Source: a virus (taxonomy: Duplodnaviria; Caudoviricetes). From it: a DNA stretch of 64,000 nucleotides. A model generated the notes under the pieces. That model was given only the letters and a program-made list of their open reading frames with translations. It did no database searches and was not told the DNA's origin. Where the stretch lies: IMG/VR virus record IMGVR_UViG_3300032280_000786, positions 26,206 to 90,205 of that record, one strand, 5' to 3'. This document shows positions 48,106 to 56,945 of the stretch, piece by piece; position 1 is the first letter of the stretch; every line of letters starts with the position of its first letter. The translations under genes and the position numbers were made by a program.

Positions 48106-48588
48106 CTAAACCGGTTGATAGTTATCAAACTGATCTAAAAACTTAAATTGACTTACATCTAATTTAAACCCATCAAATTTATTTAGGAAATCAATAAACT
48201 CTTTGAGTGAATTACTATCTAGAGCAAATATAGTGTTAGATGGATCAGTTTTAGATTTAAACGAAGTATATTCAATAACACCGACTTTACTTGGACTATC
48301 GATATAAAATTCACAAGCCATCGCATCTCCCCAGGTTATATCTATATCTATTCTCATTTTTGGATCTTCCGAGAAATAAAAGTCAAATTCTAGTGTACTA
48401 GGAGCACCCCATTCATTATTTGAATTTTCATATGTGACTTGTATCATATCGGCATTCTTCATTATATTTCCAAGATTGAATGTATGTTCCCCATCTTTAA
48501 TTACAACCATTTGTTGAGGAAGAATTGTTTTCCAATCTACATCATAGATGTTTGATTCAAATAGAATATATGATTTTAAGTATTTCAT
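48106..48588 (-). CDS. Hypothetical protein with MKYLKSYILFES leader
   Basis: 160-aa ORF. Confidence 0.6.
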   Translation of the reverse strand: MKYLKSYILFESNIYDVDWKTILPQQMVVIKDGEHTFNLGNIMKNADMIQVTYENSNNEWGAPSTLEFDFYFSEDPKMRIDIDITWGDAMACEFYIDSPSKVGVIEYTSFKSKTDPSNTIFALDSNSLKEFIDFLNKFDGFKLDVSQFKFLDQFDNYQPV

Positions 48589-48598
48589 ATACTATATA

Positions 48599-48628
48599 TA
48601 AAAACCACACATTAAATGTGTGGTTTTT
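48599..48628. terminator. Intrinsic terminator
   Basis: aaaaaccacaca-ttaaa-tgtgtggttttt. Confidence 0.8.
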
Positions 48629-48637
48629 AAGATTTTT

Positions 48638-49132
48638 TTATAAAATACCATCTAACTTTCTACCTATTGTTTTATAAACTGGTAGATTTTGATGTGGTTC
48701 ACTCTTTCCTATTGCAGGTTCTATTATGATCCCACCTTCTTTTTCATAAAGTTTATAATAATTGTTTACTCTTTGTTCTGTTACTCTTTTGTTACCTCCC
48801 CATCCCCAAGATCCTTTTATTACATAAATGGTTGCACAAGGAAATGTTCGTTTTACTACTTGAAATAACTTTTTTATATTTCCGGTTTCTGCTCTAAAAT
48901 TATTATTTGTTCCTATACATAACACAATATTTTTTATGTCAGGTGATGTTTTGTAATTTAAAACCATTGAAGTTAGTTTATCAACTCCTATTCCACCTTT
49001 CCACAATGATGTCACTTTTTCTACCTTAGTTGAATTTTTATCAATGTAAGGTGTTTGTGAATCTCCTATTATGAGATTCTGTGAATGACATAATAGGGGA
49101 ATAAAATATAATATGTATAATAGTTTCTTCAT
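48638..49132 (-). CDS. Exported SGNH/GDSL-like hydrolase
   Basis: Signal peptide MKKLLYILYFIPLLCHS/Q, block I IIGDS, and block III LCIGTNN. Confidence 0.6.
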   Translation of the reverse strand: MKKLLYILYFIPLLCHSQNLIIGDSQTPYIDKNSTKVEKVTSLWKGGIGVDKLTSMVLNYKTSPDIKNIVLCIGTNNNFRAETGNIKKLFQVVKRTFPCATIYVIKGSWGWGGNKRVTEQRVNNYYKLYEKEGGIIIEPAIGKSEPHQNLPVYKTIGRKLDGIL

Positions 49133-50958
49133 TATGATAGAACTGCAGTGATTTTATCGTCTCTTAAAGCAGCAGTAACCGTACTTAAATCGTGATTTTT
49201 AATCTCATATAGTTCAGTTCCCTCTGGGAAGTTTATAACTACATCCGCATACCCTTCAAATTGATGTGAGATATAATCGTCTAAATCAAATTCATTTGAG
49301 AACGAACCATCCTCTAACTTGGCAGAAATTCCAATTGTTCCTACAAAACCAGGTATTAGATAAGCATCAACCATATCAGTACTATCTTCTAAATCATTAT
49401 TTTGTTGCCAGTATTTATACTCATTTAAAGTCATAACAGAACCAAATCCAAAACAACATACATCGTGTTTGTATTCACCTCCGACAAAAATCTCAAATCC
49501 ACTTTCATCATCAGTTATTTGAAATTCATCACCATCGCCAATAACAACAATCGTTTCTGGTTTGTCAAATGTCCGTAAGATTTTTTGTTTAAACTCTGGG
49601 TTCTCTACATTTTTAAACTGTTGTTTAAAATTTGTTGGATGAACTGTATTAGGCTCAGTTTTTTCTTCAATAAGAACAAACTCACCATCAGAACCTTCCG
49701 CACCACCAGTTTTCACTTCGTATGAATTAGAACCTGCAACTTTATCGAACTCTGGTTCTTGTTCAAAACCTTTCTTCAACATTTTTGCAGTAAGTTGGTG
49801 CCAATTCAATTTACCTCTGTATTCAAACTCACCTTCTGCGGTAACTGTAAACTTACCAAATAAGTCAACAGATTGAATTAATTTATAAATTTCTTTAGTA
49901 GTTTCTTTATCTTCGAAGTTATCCTTCTTAGCGATAGAGATTTTGTAGAAACTTTCAGTTAAATGTTTAATCAAAACATCTTTTTTAAGTTTCATTAGTT
50001 CAGAAATTCTACCTACTAACTCAGTATCAGAGTCAGATAAACCAATTTCACTTTTTTGTTCGTCAGAAACTAAGAAAACATATCCATTAGAAACAGCGTT
50101 AGGAACTAATGACTCTAAACGAGTTTCTAAAATAGAAAGTGCTTCAGATGATTTCTCTGCATTAGCTTCAGCATGTTTAGCTTCTGAATTATATCTTTTA
50201 ATCTCTGTCTCAGTCTTTTCAATACGTTCTTTCAACTCATTGATTTTATCTTCATTCATTTTGTTGAATTGCTCTTCCATATAAGTAAGTGCGATTGGTT
50301 TTTCAACAACAACTTCTTCGATAACTTCTTCAACTACCGGTGTTTCGTCCTCAATGGTTTCGATAGTTTCACCTGATAATAACATATCAAGAAAACTTAA
50401 ACCTTTTTCAGATAATTCAGTAGTTTCTTCTTTTTGTTTTTCTTCTTCAAAAAGGTTCATAAGTTTATCATAAGGTTTAACGTGTTCTACTTCAAGAAAA
50501 CATTTATAACCATCTTGATCTTCAAATTCTAAGCCAGCAACAATAAACTTTTGAGCATAACCAGTTACATCAGTTGAGTCAATTTCATTGATCAAACGTT
50601 GTTTCATTGCAGTATCTGCTAAGTTAGTACCTTCAACTTCTTCAAAGTTTATAGTTCCTTCATCACAAATAGTAATTTTAAATTTAGCACGTTCTAACAT
50701 ACCAGATAGTTTTCTACCTTCGATAAAAGCAGTTTCTCTGATCAAACGTATTTTCTTACCGGAAATAGCAGAAACAAAACTTAAAAACTTTCTTTTGGGT
50801 TTGAACTCACCAATAACTGGTTCTTTAACTTCAACTTCTGTTTCAGTATCTTCTTTATCTACAGAGATACCTTCATCACTAAAAGTAACTTTACCAAGTC
50901 CTAAGTTTTTTGCCATTTCTTGAATAGAATTCATCATTCCTTTTTTATCTTCACTCAT
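49132..50958 (-). CDS. Large acidic hypothetical protein with central coiled coil, ending RDDKITAVLS
   Basis: 608 aa with a TATATTTG promoter at 50983. Confidence 0.6.
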   Translation of the reverse strand: MSEDKKGMMNSIQEMAKNLGLGKVTFSDEGISVDKEDTETEVEVKEPVIGEFKPKRKFLSFVSAISGKKIRLIRETAFIEGRKLSGMLERAKFKITICDEGTINFEEVEGTNLADTAMKQRLINEIDSTDVTGYAQKFIVAGLEFEDQDGYKCFLEVEHVKPYDKLMNLFEEEKQKEETTELSEKGLSFLDMLLSGETIETIEDETPVVEEVIEEVVVEKPIALTYMEEQFNKMNEDKINELKERIEKTETEIKRYNSEAKHAEANAEKSSEALSILETRLESLVPNAVSNGYVFLVSDEQKSEIGLSDSDTELVGRISELMKLKKDVLIKHLTESFYKISIAKKDNFEDKETTKEIYKLIQSVDLFGKFTVTAEGEFEYRGKLNWHQLTAKMLKKGFEQEPEFDKVAGSNSYEVKTGGAEGSDGEFVLIEEKTEPNTVHPTNFKQQFKNVENPEFKQKILRTFDKPETIVVIGDGDEFQITDDESGFEIFVGGEYKHDVCCFGFGSVMTLNEYKYWQQNNDLEDSTDMVDAYLIPGFVGTIGISAKLEDGSFSNEFDLDDYISHQFEGYADVVINFPEGTELYEIKNHDLSTVTAALRDDKITAVLS

Positions 50959-51013
50959 AAATATTATAATTTAATTTAGTTACAAATATACAAACAATTT
51001 TTTAATAAAAAAA

Positions 51014-51430
51014 CTATTCTACTTCTTTTTCGTCGTCAATTAAATCAATTCTAATATCACGAACTTGTTCCTTTGTATAAACCTCTGCAACTTTATTGTC
51101 TGCTGAATCCACAATGAACTCGGTTTCAATGTAAGTATCTCCTGTTTCTTTAACTAGTTCAAGTAATACTTCATTTGTTACTTCTTTATCGTCTTGAACA
51201 TCAAATATTTCCATAATTTGTTTTTCAAACGGTAAGAAGTTATGTTTTACGACTGTGTTTTCGTCGTCATGTTTATCTAAACAAAGTATAAGTAATAAAT
51301 ACAACTCTCTTTCTGAAAGTTCATTCATTCTTTCTACTTGACTATAAACATTGAAATGTTTGTAGCAGTCCATAAATAAATCTGACACTACTACTTTCTT
51401 AATCTTAGCTTTTTCTCCCATATAAATCAA
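51014..51430 (-). CDS. Hypothetical protein (RDIRIDLI motif)
   Basis: 138-aa ORF. Confidence 0.55.
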   Translation of the reverse strand: MIYMGEKAKIKKVVVSDLFMDCYKHFNVYSQVERMNELSERELYLLLILCLDKHDDENTVVKHNFLPFEKQIMEIFDVQDDKEVTNEVLLELVKETGDTYIETEFIVDSADNKVAEVYTKEQVRDIRIDLIDDEKEVE

Positions 51431-51433
51431 TTT

Positions 51434-51886
51434 TTAAATTCCTAATTTTTCTAATTGGTAATCTCGATAATCTTGTTTAGATACCGTACCCAATTCATAA
51501 GCTCTAAAAAAGAATACATCAAAAATGTGTTCTTGTTTTAAATCTCTTGCAGCCATTGCTCTATTGATGGCTTTATGTTCATCAGTAATTCTAATGGCTT
51601 GTGTTCTTGCTAACCTAATAGCTTTTTCTTCATCACCATCACTTTTAGTCATGATGTCTTTTACTCTTGTAAAGTTTTTTGTGTATTCTGCTTTTGTTTG
51701 TCCGTTGTACGTACCTTGTTGTTTAGGCATAAGTTTTAGTTCTATTAGTTTAGATTCAAGCATCAATTCAAATTGTTTCTTAGTTCTTTCACCATTCCAT
51801 ACTTGGTTAAAGTTAAAAACATTTGCGGATTGATACTTATTCCAAAAGTAATATAAATCCATTAAATCTACAAATTTATTATTCAT
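51434..51886 (-). CDS. Hypothetical protein (RDYQLEKL motif)
   Basis: 150-aa ORF. Confidence 0.55.
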   Translation of the reverse strand: MNNKFVDLMDLYYFWNKYQSANVFNFNQVWNGERTKKQFELMLESKLIELKLMPKQQGTYNGQTKAEYTKNFTRVKDIMTKSDGDEEKAIRLARTQAIRITDEHKAINRAMAARDLKQEHIFDVFFFRAYELGTVSKQDYRDYQLEKLGI

Positions 51887-52605
51887 TATTCTGTAATTTC
51901 ATCAATTCGTGCAGTTCTACTCCAAGTTAAATCTTCTTCTCTCATATATAATACTCTACCATACTTAATAACGGTATCTGCTGAGTTACTTATTATTTCT
52001 ACAACTTTATATGAAATACCAACATCATAAATATATTTTAAGACTAAATAATCCATTGATCTATCTTTCACGGTTGATACAACTTCTGATAATTTAAACT
52101 TAGGTTCTAATTGTAAGAACTCAATAGTATCATCGATATGTTTTACATAACCCATTATATCTCCTAAATGTCCTTCAAAAACATAATGAAATTTAATATA
52201 CTCTTTTTTAAATAAAGTGTGTTGTTCTGTTACTAAATCAACTTTAACTCTATCTAAATTTATGTTTCGATTACTATCACCAGTACTAACAGGTGTTTTT
52301 ATTTCTCTAAGTTTAATTTCATTGTATATTTCATCAAACTTGTCAATCTTATCAAAATCTATTGAAAATATTAAGTTAAATTTTATATGTGGTTCTGGTA
52401 CTGAATTTTCTGCTTGATAAAGATTTGTACCCCATTTAGTTTTATTTGTATTTGGATATTGTGTTATATCTAGGTCAAATCCTATTACTGGACTATATGC
52501 AGAATTTGCAACATACTTAGGTCTTATTATAATTCCAAGTTGATGATCTTGCAATCGTTCATTCCATTGCAGTATCTCAGTATCCGTAAGTTTAGTCATT
52601 ATCAT
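51886..52605 (-). CDS. Hypothetical protein (RTARIDEI motif)
   Basis: 239-aa ORF. Confidence 0.55.
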   Translation of the reverse strand: MIMTKLTDTEILQWNERLQDHQLGIIIRPKYVANSAYSPVIGFDLDITQYPNTNKTKWGTNLYQAENSVPEPHIKFNLIFSIDFDKIDKFDEIYNEIKLREIKTPVSTGDSNRNINLDRVKVDLVTEQHTLFKKEYIKFHYVFEGHLGDIMGYVKHIDDTIEFLQLEPKFKLSEVVSTVKDRSMDYLVLKYIYDVGISYKVVEIISNSADTVIKYGRVLYMREEDLTWSRTARIDEITE

Positions 52606-52840
52606 TTCTAAGTATTTGAGTTATCTTCTCGTCTCTATTATCTTCTATTGTACAAAAAAATTTATCAAAAGTTTTCTTTGATAAAGGAACAAATTCATTT
52701 TTCTCAGATTTTATTTTTTTATAAACACCGAAACCTAATTCATAATCTTTTGGATCTAACATTTCATAGGTTTTATTTTTTATAAAATAAATGTTATCAT
52801 CTTCCATAAATGTTCTTTTACAAAATATTCTCGTTATCAT
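52592..52840 (-). CDS. Hypothetical protein (RDEKITQIL motif)
   Basis: 82-aa ORF. Confidence 0.55.
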   Translation of the reverse strand: MITRIFCKRTFMEDDNIYFIKNKTYEMLDPKDYELGFGVYKKIKSEKNEFVPLSKKTFDKFFCTIEDNRDEKITQILRNDND

Positions 52841-52871
52841 AGGGATTATATAGTTTTGAATATATAAGTTT

Positions 52872-53177
52872 ATGTTTTCAAGTAATGAATTATGGATAAT
52901 GTTATTTGGTGTTTTAATATCACTTGGCTTTATAATAGGCTTAGTAGTCTATGTAAGCAAACTATTTGTAAATCAAACAAAGGATGTTTTAGTTAGATTT
53001 ATATTGCTCGTATTTGCTGCATTAGTTGGAATATTTATTGTGGATAAAGTAATTGCATTTAAAATTGACTTATTAACAAAAGAAATGGATAATCAACTAT
53101 TTGATTTAATTAAAAATCTAATACTTATGATTTTTTCATATTATTTTGGAACACAGAAAAAGGAAGATAAAGACTAG
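52872..53177 (+). CDS. Small membrane protein with 2-3 TM helices
   Basis: Hydrophobic helices and an ending IFSYYFGTQKKEDKD, a pattern seen in holin-like proteins. Confidence 0.55.
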   Translation: MFSSNELWIMLFGVLISLGFIIGLVVYVSKLFVNQTKDVLVRFILLVFAALVGIFIVDKVIAFKIDLLTKEMDNQLFDLIKNLILMIFSYYFGTQKKEDKD

Positions 53178-53224
53178 GAACTATATAATTATAAATATAT
53201 AATTTTATAAAAAAATAAAACATT

Positions 53225-53944
53225 ATGAAAAAACTATTTATTATACTATTTGTATTATTTGTTAACCTTATATTCTCACAAGAAGATTATAATGATCTAT
53301 ATAAAAGCTCAATACAAAATTCTATTTATCCAGCTAGTGCAGTAATAGATACTTCCTTAGTTAAAATTAACAAAGAAAATAAAGACTTAATAAGAAAAAA
53401 TATTAACGGTGAAGAATATATTTTAGTTGTTAGTAGTAAACAAAGTATTAGTTATTATACAGATTCTTCGGGCAATCCATTAAAAACCTATAATACTGGA
53501 AACTATCCAATTTGGATAACAACCGCACCGGAATTAAAACAATGGTTTTATAAAAAAACATTTAAAGATAGAAATTTAAGATTAGTACAATTATTAGGAT
53601 TACCACCTAACTCTAAGTGTAATTATTTTATTGAGTTTTGGGTAAGACCTCAAGATTTATTTAGACCTTGCCCAGATAAAGAAATTACTGATGGTAAGTG
53701 TGATCTATGTTTACCTAATGATATTACAGAAGAGCATTTAAAATGGATTAATGAAAATAGGATAAGTAGATATTATCAATGTGACTTATCTAATCAATAC
53801 CCTTGGACACAATTAGGATATACTTATGATTGGGAACCATCAAATAAAACACATATTGGTTTAAGTGAGTTTATTATTAACAGTAACTCGACTATTTATA
53901 TAAATTCAATTTATACAACTGATGAATATTTAGATAAAAAATAA
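53225..53944 (+). CDS. Secreted hypothetical protein of bacterial type
   Basis: Signal peptide MKKLFIILFVLFVNLIFS/Q, with blocks RLVQLLGLPP, LFRPCPD and YPWTQLGYTYDW. Confidence 0.65.
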   Translation: MKKLFIILFVLFVNLIFSQEDYNDLYKSSIQNSIYPASAVIDTSLVKINKENKDLIRKNINGEEYILVVSSKQSISYYTDSSGNPLKTYNTGNYPIWITTAPELKQWFYKKTFKDRNLRLVQLLGLPPNSKCNYFIEFWVRPQDLFRPCPDKEITDGKCDLCLPNDITEEHLKWINENRISRYYQCDLSNQYPWTQLGYTYDWEPSNKTHIGLSEFIINSNSTIYINSIYTTDEYLDKK

Positions 53945-53968
53945 AAAAAACCCTCTAATGAGGGTTTT
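53943..53968. terminator. Bidirectional intrinsic terminator
   Basis: aaaaaaaaccctc-taat-gagggtttt. Confidence 0.75.
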
Positions 53969-53972
53969 AATT

Positions 53973-54986
53973 TTATAGTGCCGATTTTACGGTTTTAATA
54001 ATTCGAGCTGCAATTTTATAAGGATCACCATTCGATGCGGGTCTTCTATCTTCTAGATAACCTTTCCATCCATTTTTTACTGTATAAAGAGGAATTCTAA
54101 TTGAAGCTCCTCTATCAGATACTCCATAAGAGAAATCGTCTATAGATGCAGTTTCATGTTTTCCAGTTAGACGTTGGTCGTTATGTGCACCATAAACAGC
54201 TATGTGTTCATTTACAACTGGTCTGAAAGCCTCACAAACTTTATCATAAATTGCTTTATCGCCACAGGTTCTTAATACTTCATTAGAGAAGTTAGCATGC
54301 ATCCCTGAACCATTCCAATCTGTATCACCTAATGGTTTAGGATGATACTCAATATAGTAGCCATATTTTTCAGTTAAACGATCTAATAGATAACGAGCAA
54401 TCCATATTTCATCACCGGCTTTTTTTGCTCCTTTTGCAAATAATTGAAACTCCCATTGACCACAAGCAACTTCTTGATTTATGCCTTCAAAGTTGATTCC
54501 TGCTGCGATACATAAATCTGCGTGTTCTTCTACTAATTTTCTTCCGTGAGTATTTTTACCACCAACTGAACAGTAATACATTCCTTGTGGTGCTGGATAA
54601 CCACCTATTGGAAATCCTAATGGTAATAAAGTTTTGGTATCCATTATAAAGTATTCTTGTTCAAAACCGAACCAGAAATCTCCATCATCATCAATAGTAG
54701 ATCTACCATTTGATGGGTGTGGTGTTCCATCTGCATACATAACTTCTGTCATAACTAAATAACCATTCAAACGAGTTGGATCAGGATAAATAGCAACAGG
54801 TACTAATAAACAGTCAGATGAACCACCTTCTGCTTGTTTTGTTGATGAGCCATCAAAAGACCAATTTCCTATTTCTTCTAATGTTCCTTTGAAGTTTTCG
54901 TGTTCTTCAACCTTAGTTTTACTTCTAAGATTTTGTGTTGGTTCGTATCCGTCTAACCAAATATACTCTAATTTTATTTTTGTCAT
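53973..54986 (-). CDS. glnII: Glutamine synthetase type II
   Basis: KLEYIWLDG..NLRSKTK, WSFDGSST, WFGFEQEY, EGINQEVACGQWEFQ, DWNGSGMHANFS, RLTGKHET, DRGASIRIP and YLEDRRPASNGDPY. Confidence 0.95.
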   Translation of the reverse strand: MTKIKLEYIWLDGYEPTQNLRSKTKVEEHENFKGTLEEIGNWSFDGSSTKQAEGGSSDCLLVPVAIYPDPTRLNGYLVMTEVMYADGTPHPSNGRSTIDDDGDFWFGFEQEYFIMDTKTLLPLGFPIGGYPAPQGMYYCSVGGKNTHGRKLVEEHADLCIAAGINFEGINQEVACGQWEFQLFAKGAKKAGDEIWIARYLLDRLTEKYGYYIEYHPKPLGDTDWNGSGMHANFSNEVLRTCGDKAIYDKVCEAFRPVVNEHIAVYGAHNDQRLTGKHETASIDDFSYGVSDRGASIRIPLYTVKNGWKGYLEDRRPASNGDPYKIAARIIKTVKSAL

Positions 54987-55059
54987 AAATTAAATAATCT
55001 TTTTATTTTTATCCTTCTATTATATTTTCTATTAATAGATGGGTAATGGGGTAGTGGCA

Positions 55060-55632
55060 TTATTGTTTACTACTTTTATCTAGGAATTCTTTTTCCTCTG
55101 GTGTTAGTGATTGAATACCATCGGTTGAGATTTTATCTAAAATAAGATCAATGTCGAACATTGGTTCCATATCTACATCTTCATCACCTCGGATAATTCT
55201 GTATTGAACAATTTTAGAATCAACTTCTGGAATTGATTTGATTACTTTTTTGTCTTGGTGATACTCTCCTTCAACCATCATTCTTACCTTGGTAATTTCG
55301 GTAACAATATTTTTAATGTCTTCTGGTATAGTACCTTTCTCTAAACGATTTGTCATTGTGAAGTTACCAATTTTAATAGTAACATCTACTCTAACTTTTG
55401 ATAGTTCAAGTTTTAAACGTTTTTTAAATTTTAGTTTAAATATGTCGTCATTTGTTAGAGCTACTTCACCTTCTTTAGGTTTAGTTACAAAGAAGCCATA
55501 AGAGTAATAAGTTTGAATTTTAGAGTTATCTACCTCAGTTTTTAAAACTTTTTTATGGATTGTTTTAATCCATTTTTCTACTTGTGAAAATTCTTCACAA
55601 ACTTTTTCAATTTCAGTGTCGATTATATACAT
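55060..55632 (-). CDS. Hypothetical protein with a C-terminal IDxILDKIxxxGxxSLTxEEKxFL module
   Basis: The C-terminus DIDLILDKISTDGIQSLTPEEKEFLDKSS resembles DUF6576. Confidence 0.55.
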   Translation of the reverse strand: MYIIDTEIEKVCEEFSQVEKWIKTIHKKVLKTEVDNSKIQTYYSYGFFVTKPKEGEVALTNDDIFKLKFKKRLKLELSKVRVDVTIKIGNFTMTNRLEKGTIPEDIKNIVTEITKVRMMVEGEYHQDKKVIKSIPEVDSKIVQYRIIRGDEDVDMEPMFDIDLILDKISTDGIQSLTPEEKEFLDKSSKQ

Positions 55633-55646
55633 ATTTTTCTATTTTT

Positions 55647-56348
55647 TTATCTTCTTCTACCAGTTGAACGTCCGCCATCAGTTGAACGTCCGCCATCAGT
55701 TGAACGTCCGCCATCAGTTGAAGTTCTTGGTGAACTAGAGGGTGTATAACTTCTTGGAGATTCAGTTCTTGGTGTATTTGGTGTATTATTAGTTCTTGGT
55801 GTATTATTAGTTCTTGGTGTAGAATAAGTTCTTGGTGTATTTGGTGTATTATTAGTTCTTGGTGTATTTGGTGTATTATTAGTTCTCGGTGTAGAGTAAG
55901 TTCTCGGTGTATAATTATAATTTTGTCTTGGTGTATTTACCGTAGATCCTCTACGTCCAGGTGAGTAATAGTAATTATTCCAATTGTTATTGCCAATATG
56001 GTATGGTCTTGGAAAATAAGTATAATGTGGTTGATAATAGATTGGATAGTAACAATTATATCCGTTATATGGATAGTAATTGTAATAGTAAGGATTATAT
56101 ACAAAGTAATCATTACTATAGTAGTTATTTGTATAAGGCCAGTGATTAGTATAAATGTTATTTGTATGTAAATAACTATTATACCAATAAGGATTAGTAT
56201 TGTAAGTATAAACAATATTTAGTGTTGGACTTACCGTAGGAGAGTTAGAAAAATAATTTGGTCTTTCTTCTTCTCTTACATAAGTAGAAGTGGTTGTACA
56301 AGAGATTGATAACATAGCTATCAAAAGTAAAATTAGAAACTTTTTCAT
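55647..56348 (-). CDS. Lipoprotein with Y/N-rich body and low-complexity repetitive tail
   Basis: Lipobox MLSIS-C, repeats PRTNNTPNT/PRTYST and STDGGR x3. Confidence 0.75.
   Translation of the reverse strand: MKKFLILLLIAMLSISCTTTSTYVREEERPNYFSNSPTVSPTLNIVYTYNTNPYWYNSYLHTNNIYTNHWPYTNNYYSNDYFVYNPYYYNYYPYNGYNCYYPIYYQPHYTYFPRPYHIGNNNWNNYYYSPGRRGSTVNTPRQNYNYTPRTYSTPRTNNTPNTPRTNNTPNTPRTYSTPRTNNTPRTNNTPNTPRTESPRSYTPSSSPRTSTDGGRSTDGGRSTDGGRSTGRRR
55661..55722. repeat. Exact 18-bp tandem repeat x3.4 (coding STDGGR)
   Basis: cagttgaacgtccgccat at 55661, 55679 and 55697, plus a partial copy. Confidence 0.95.
55765..55908. repeat. Imperfect 9/18-bp coding repeats (PRTNNT/PNT/PRTYST)
   Basis: Recurrent ttggtgtatt, attagttc and gttcttggtg units. 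Confidence 0.85.
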
Positions 56349-56397
56349 ATGATTTATTTTTTTCTATTATATATTTTATAATTATTTATTCAAAAGT

Positions 56398-56898
56398 TTA
56401 AACTAATAAACATAATTGATAATCTCTACCAATAGAGATTTCATTTTTCCAAGTATCTAGTTTTCTAACAAGATTAGTGTGCATGTGATTGTATAATTCT
56501 TTGTTTATTCTTTCTGGTGAACCAACTAACTCTTCAAATAATGAGATTAAGTCAGATGTCATCCAAACTAATTCAGAAAGTGGTTTCATCGAACCATCTT
56601 GCATCATCATAGGTCTAATGTAGAAATGTTTTTCATTAGCTCTAATAATAAAGTTAATTATATCTTTCATTTCAATAAAAATGTGGTCATTAACATGCCA
56701 CTTATCTCGCCATTGATTAACTTGTGGATCTAACATTGATTCTAAAGTTTTATCATAAGAGATAGGTTTAGGTCTAAACCCAATATATTTATCCCACTTC
56801 TCTTTAATATAAGAAGGATCACAATTAATGAAGTCATTATGTGATTTGTGAAAAGCGAAACTGAACCTAATAAGGTTATCGATTTGATTTTTATCCAT
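56398..56898 (-). CDS. Hypothetical protein ending RDYQLCLLV
   Basis: ATG lies 4 nt after TATCTTTG (56903). Confidence 0.55.
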   Translation of the reverse strand: MDKNQIDNLIRFSFAFHKSHNDFINCDPSYIKEKWDKYIGFRPKPISYDKTLESMLDPQVNQWRDKWHVNDHIFIEMKDIINFIIRANEKHFYIRPMMMQDGSMKPLSELVWMTSDLISLFEELVGSPERINKELYNHMHTNLVRKLDTWKNEISIGRDYQLCLLV

Positions 56899-56945
56899 AA
56901 AACAAAGATAAGATAAAAATATATAAATAAAAATAAAAATTATTA

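Noticed and set aside
55661-55908. Tandem repeats as a possible CRISPR array
   Set aside because: The units are contiguous without unique spacers, have 9/18-bp periods and lie in frame within a lipoprotein gene. The Cas4-like nuclease at 22691 has no cas neighbours.
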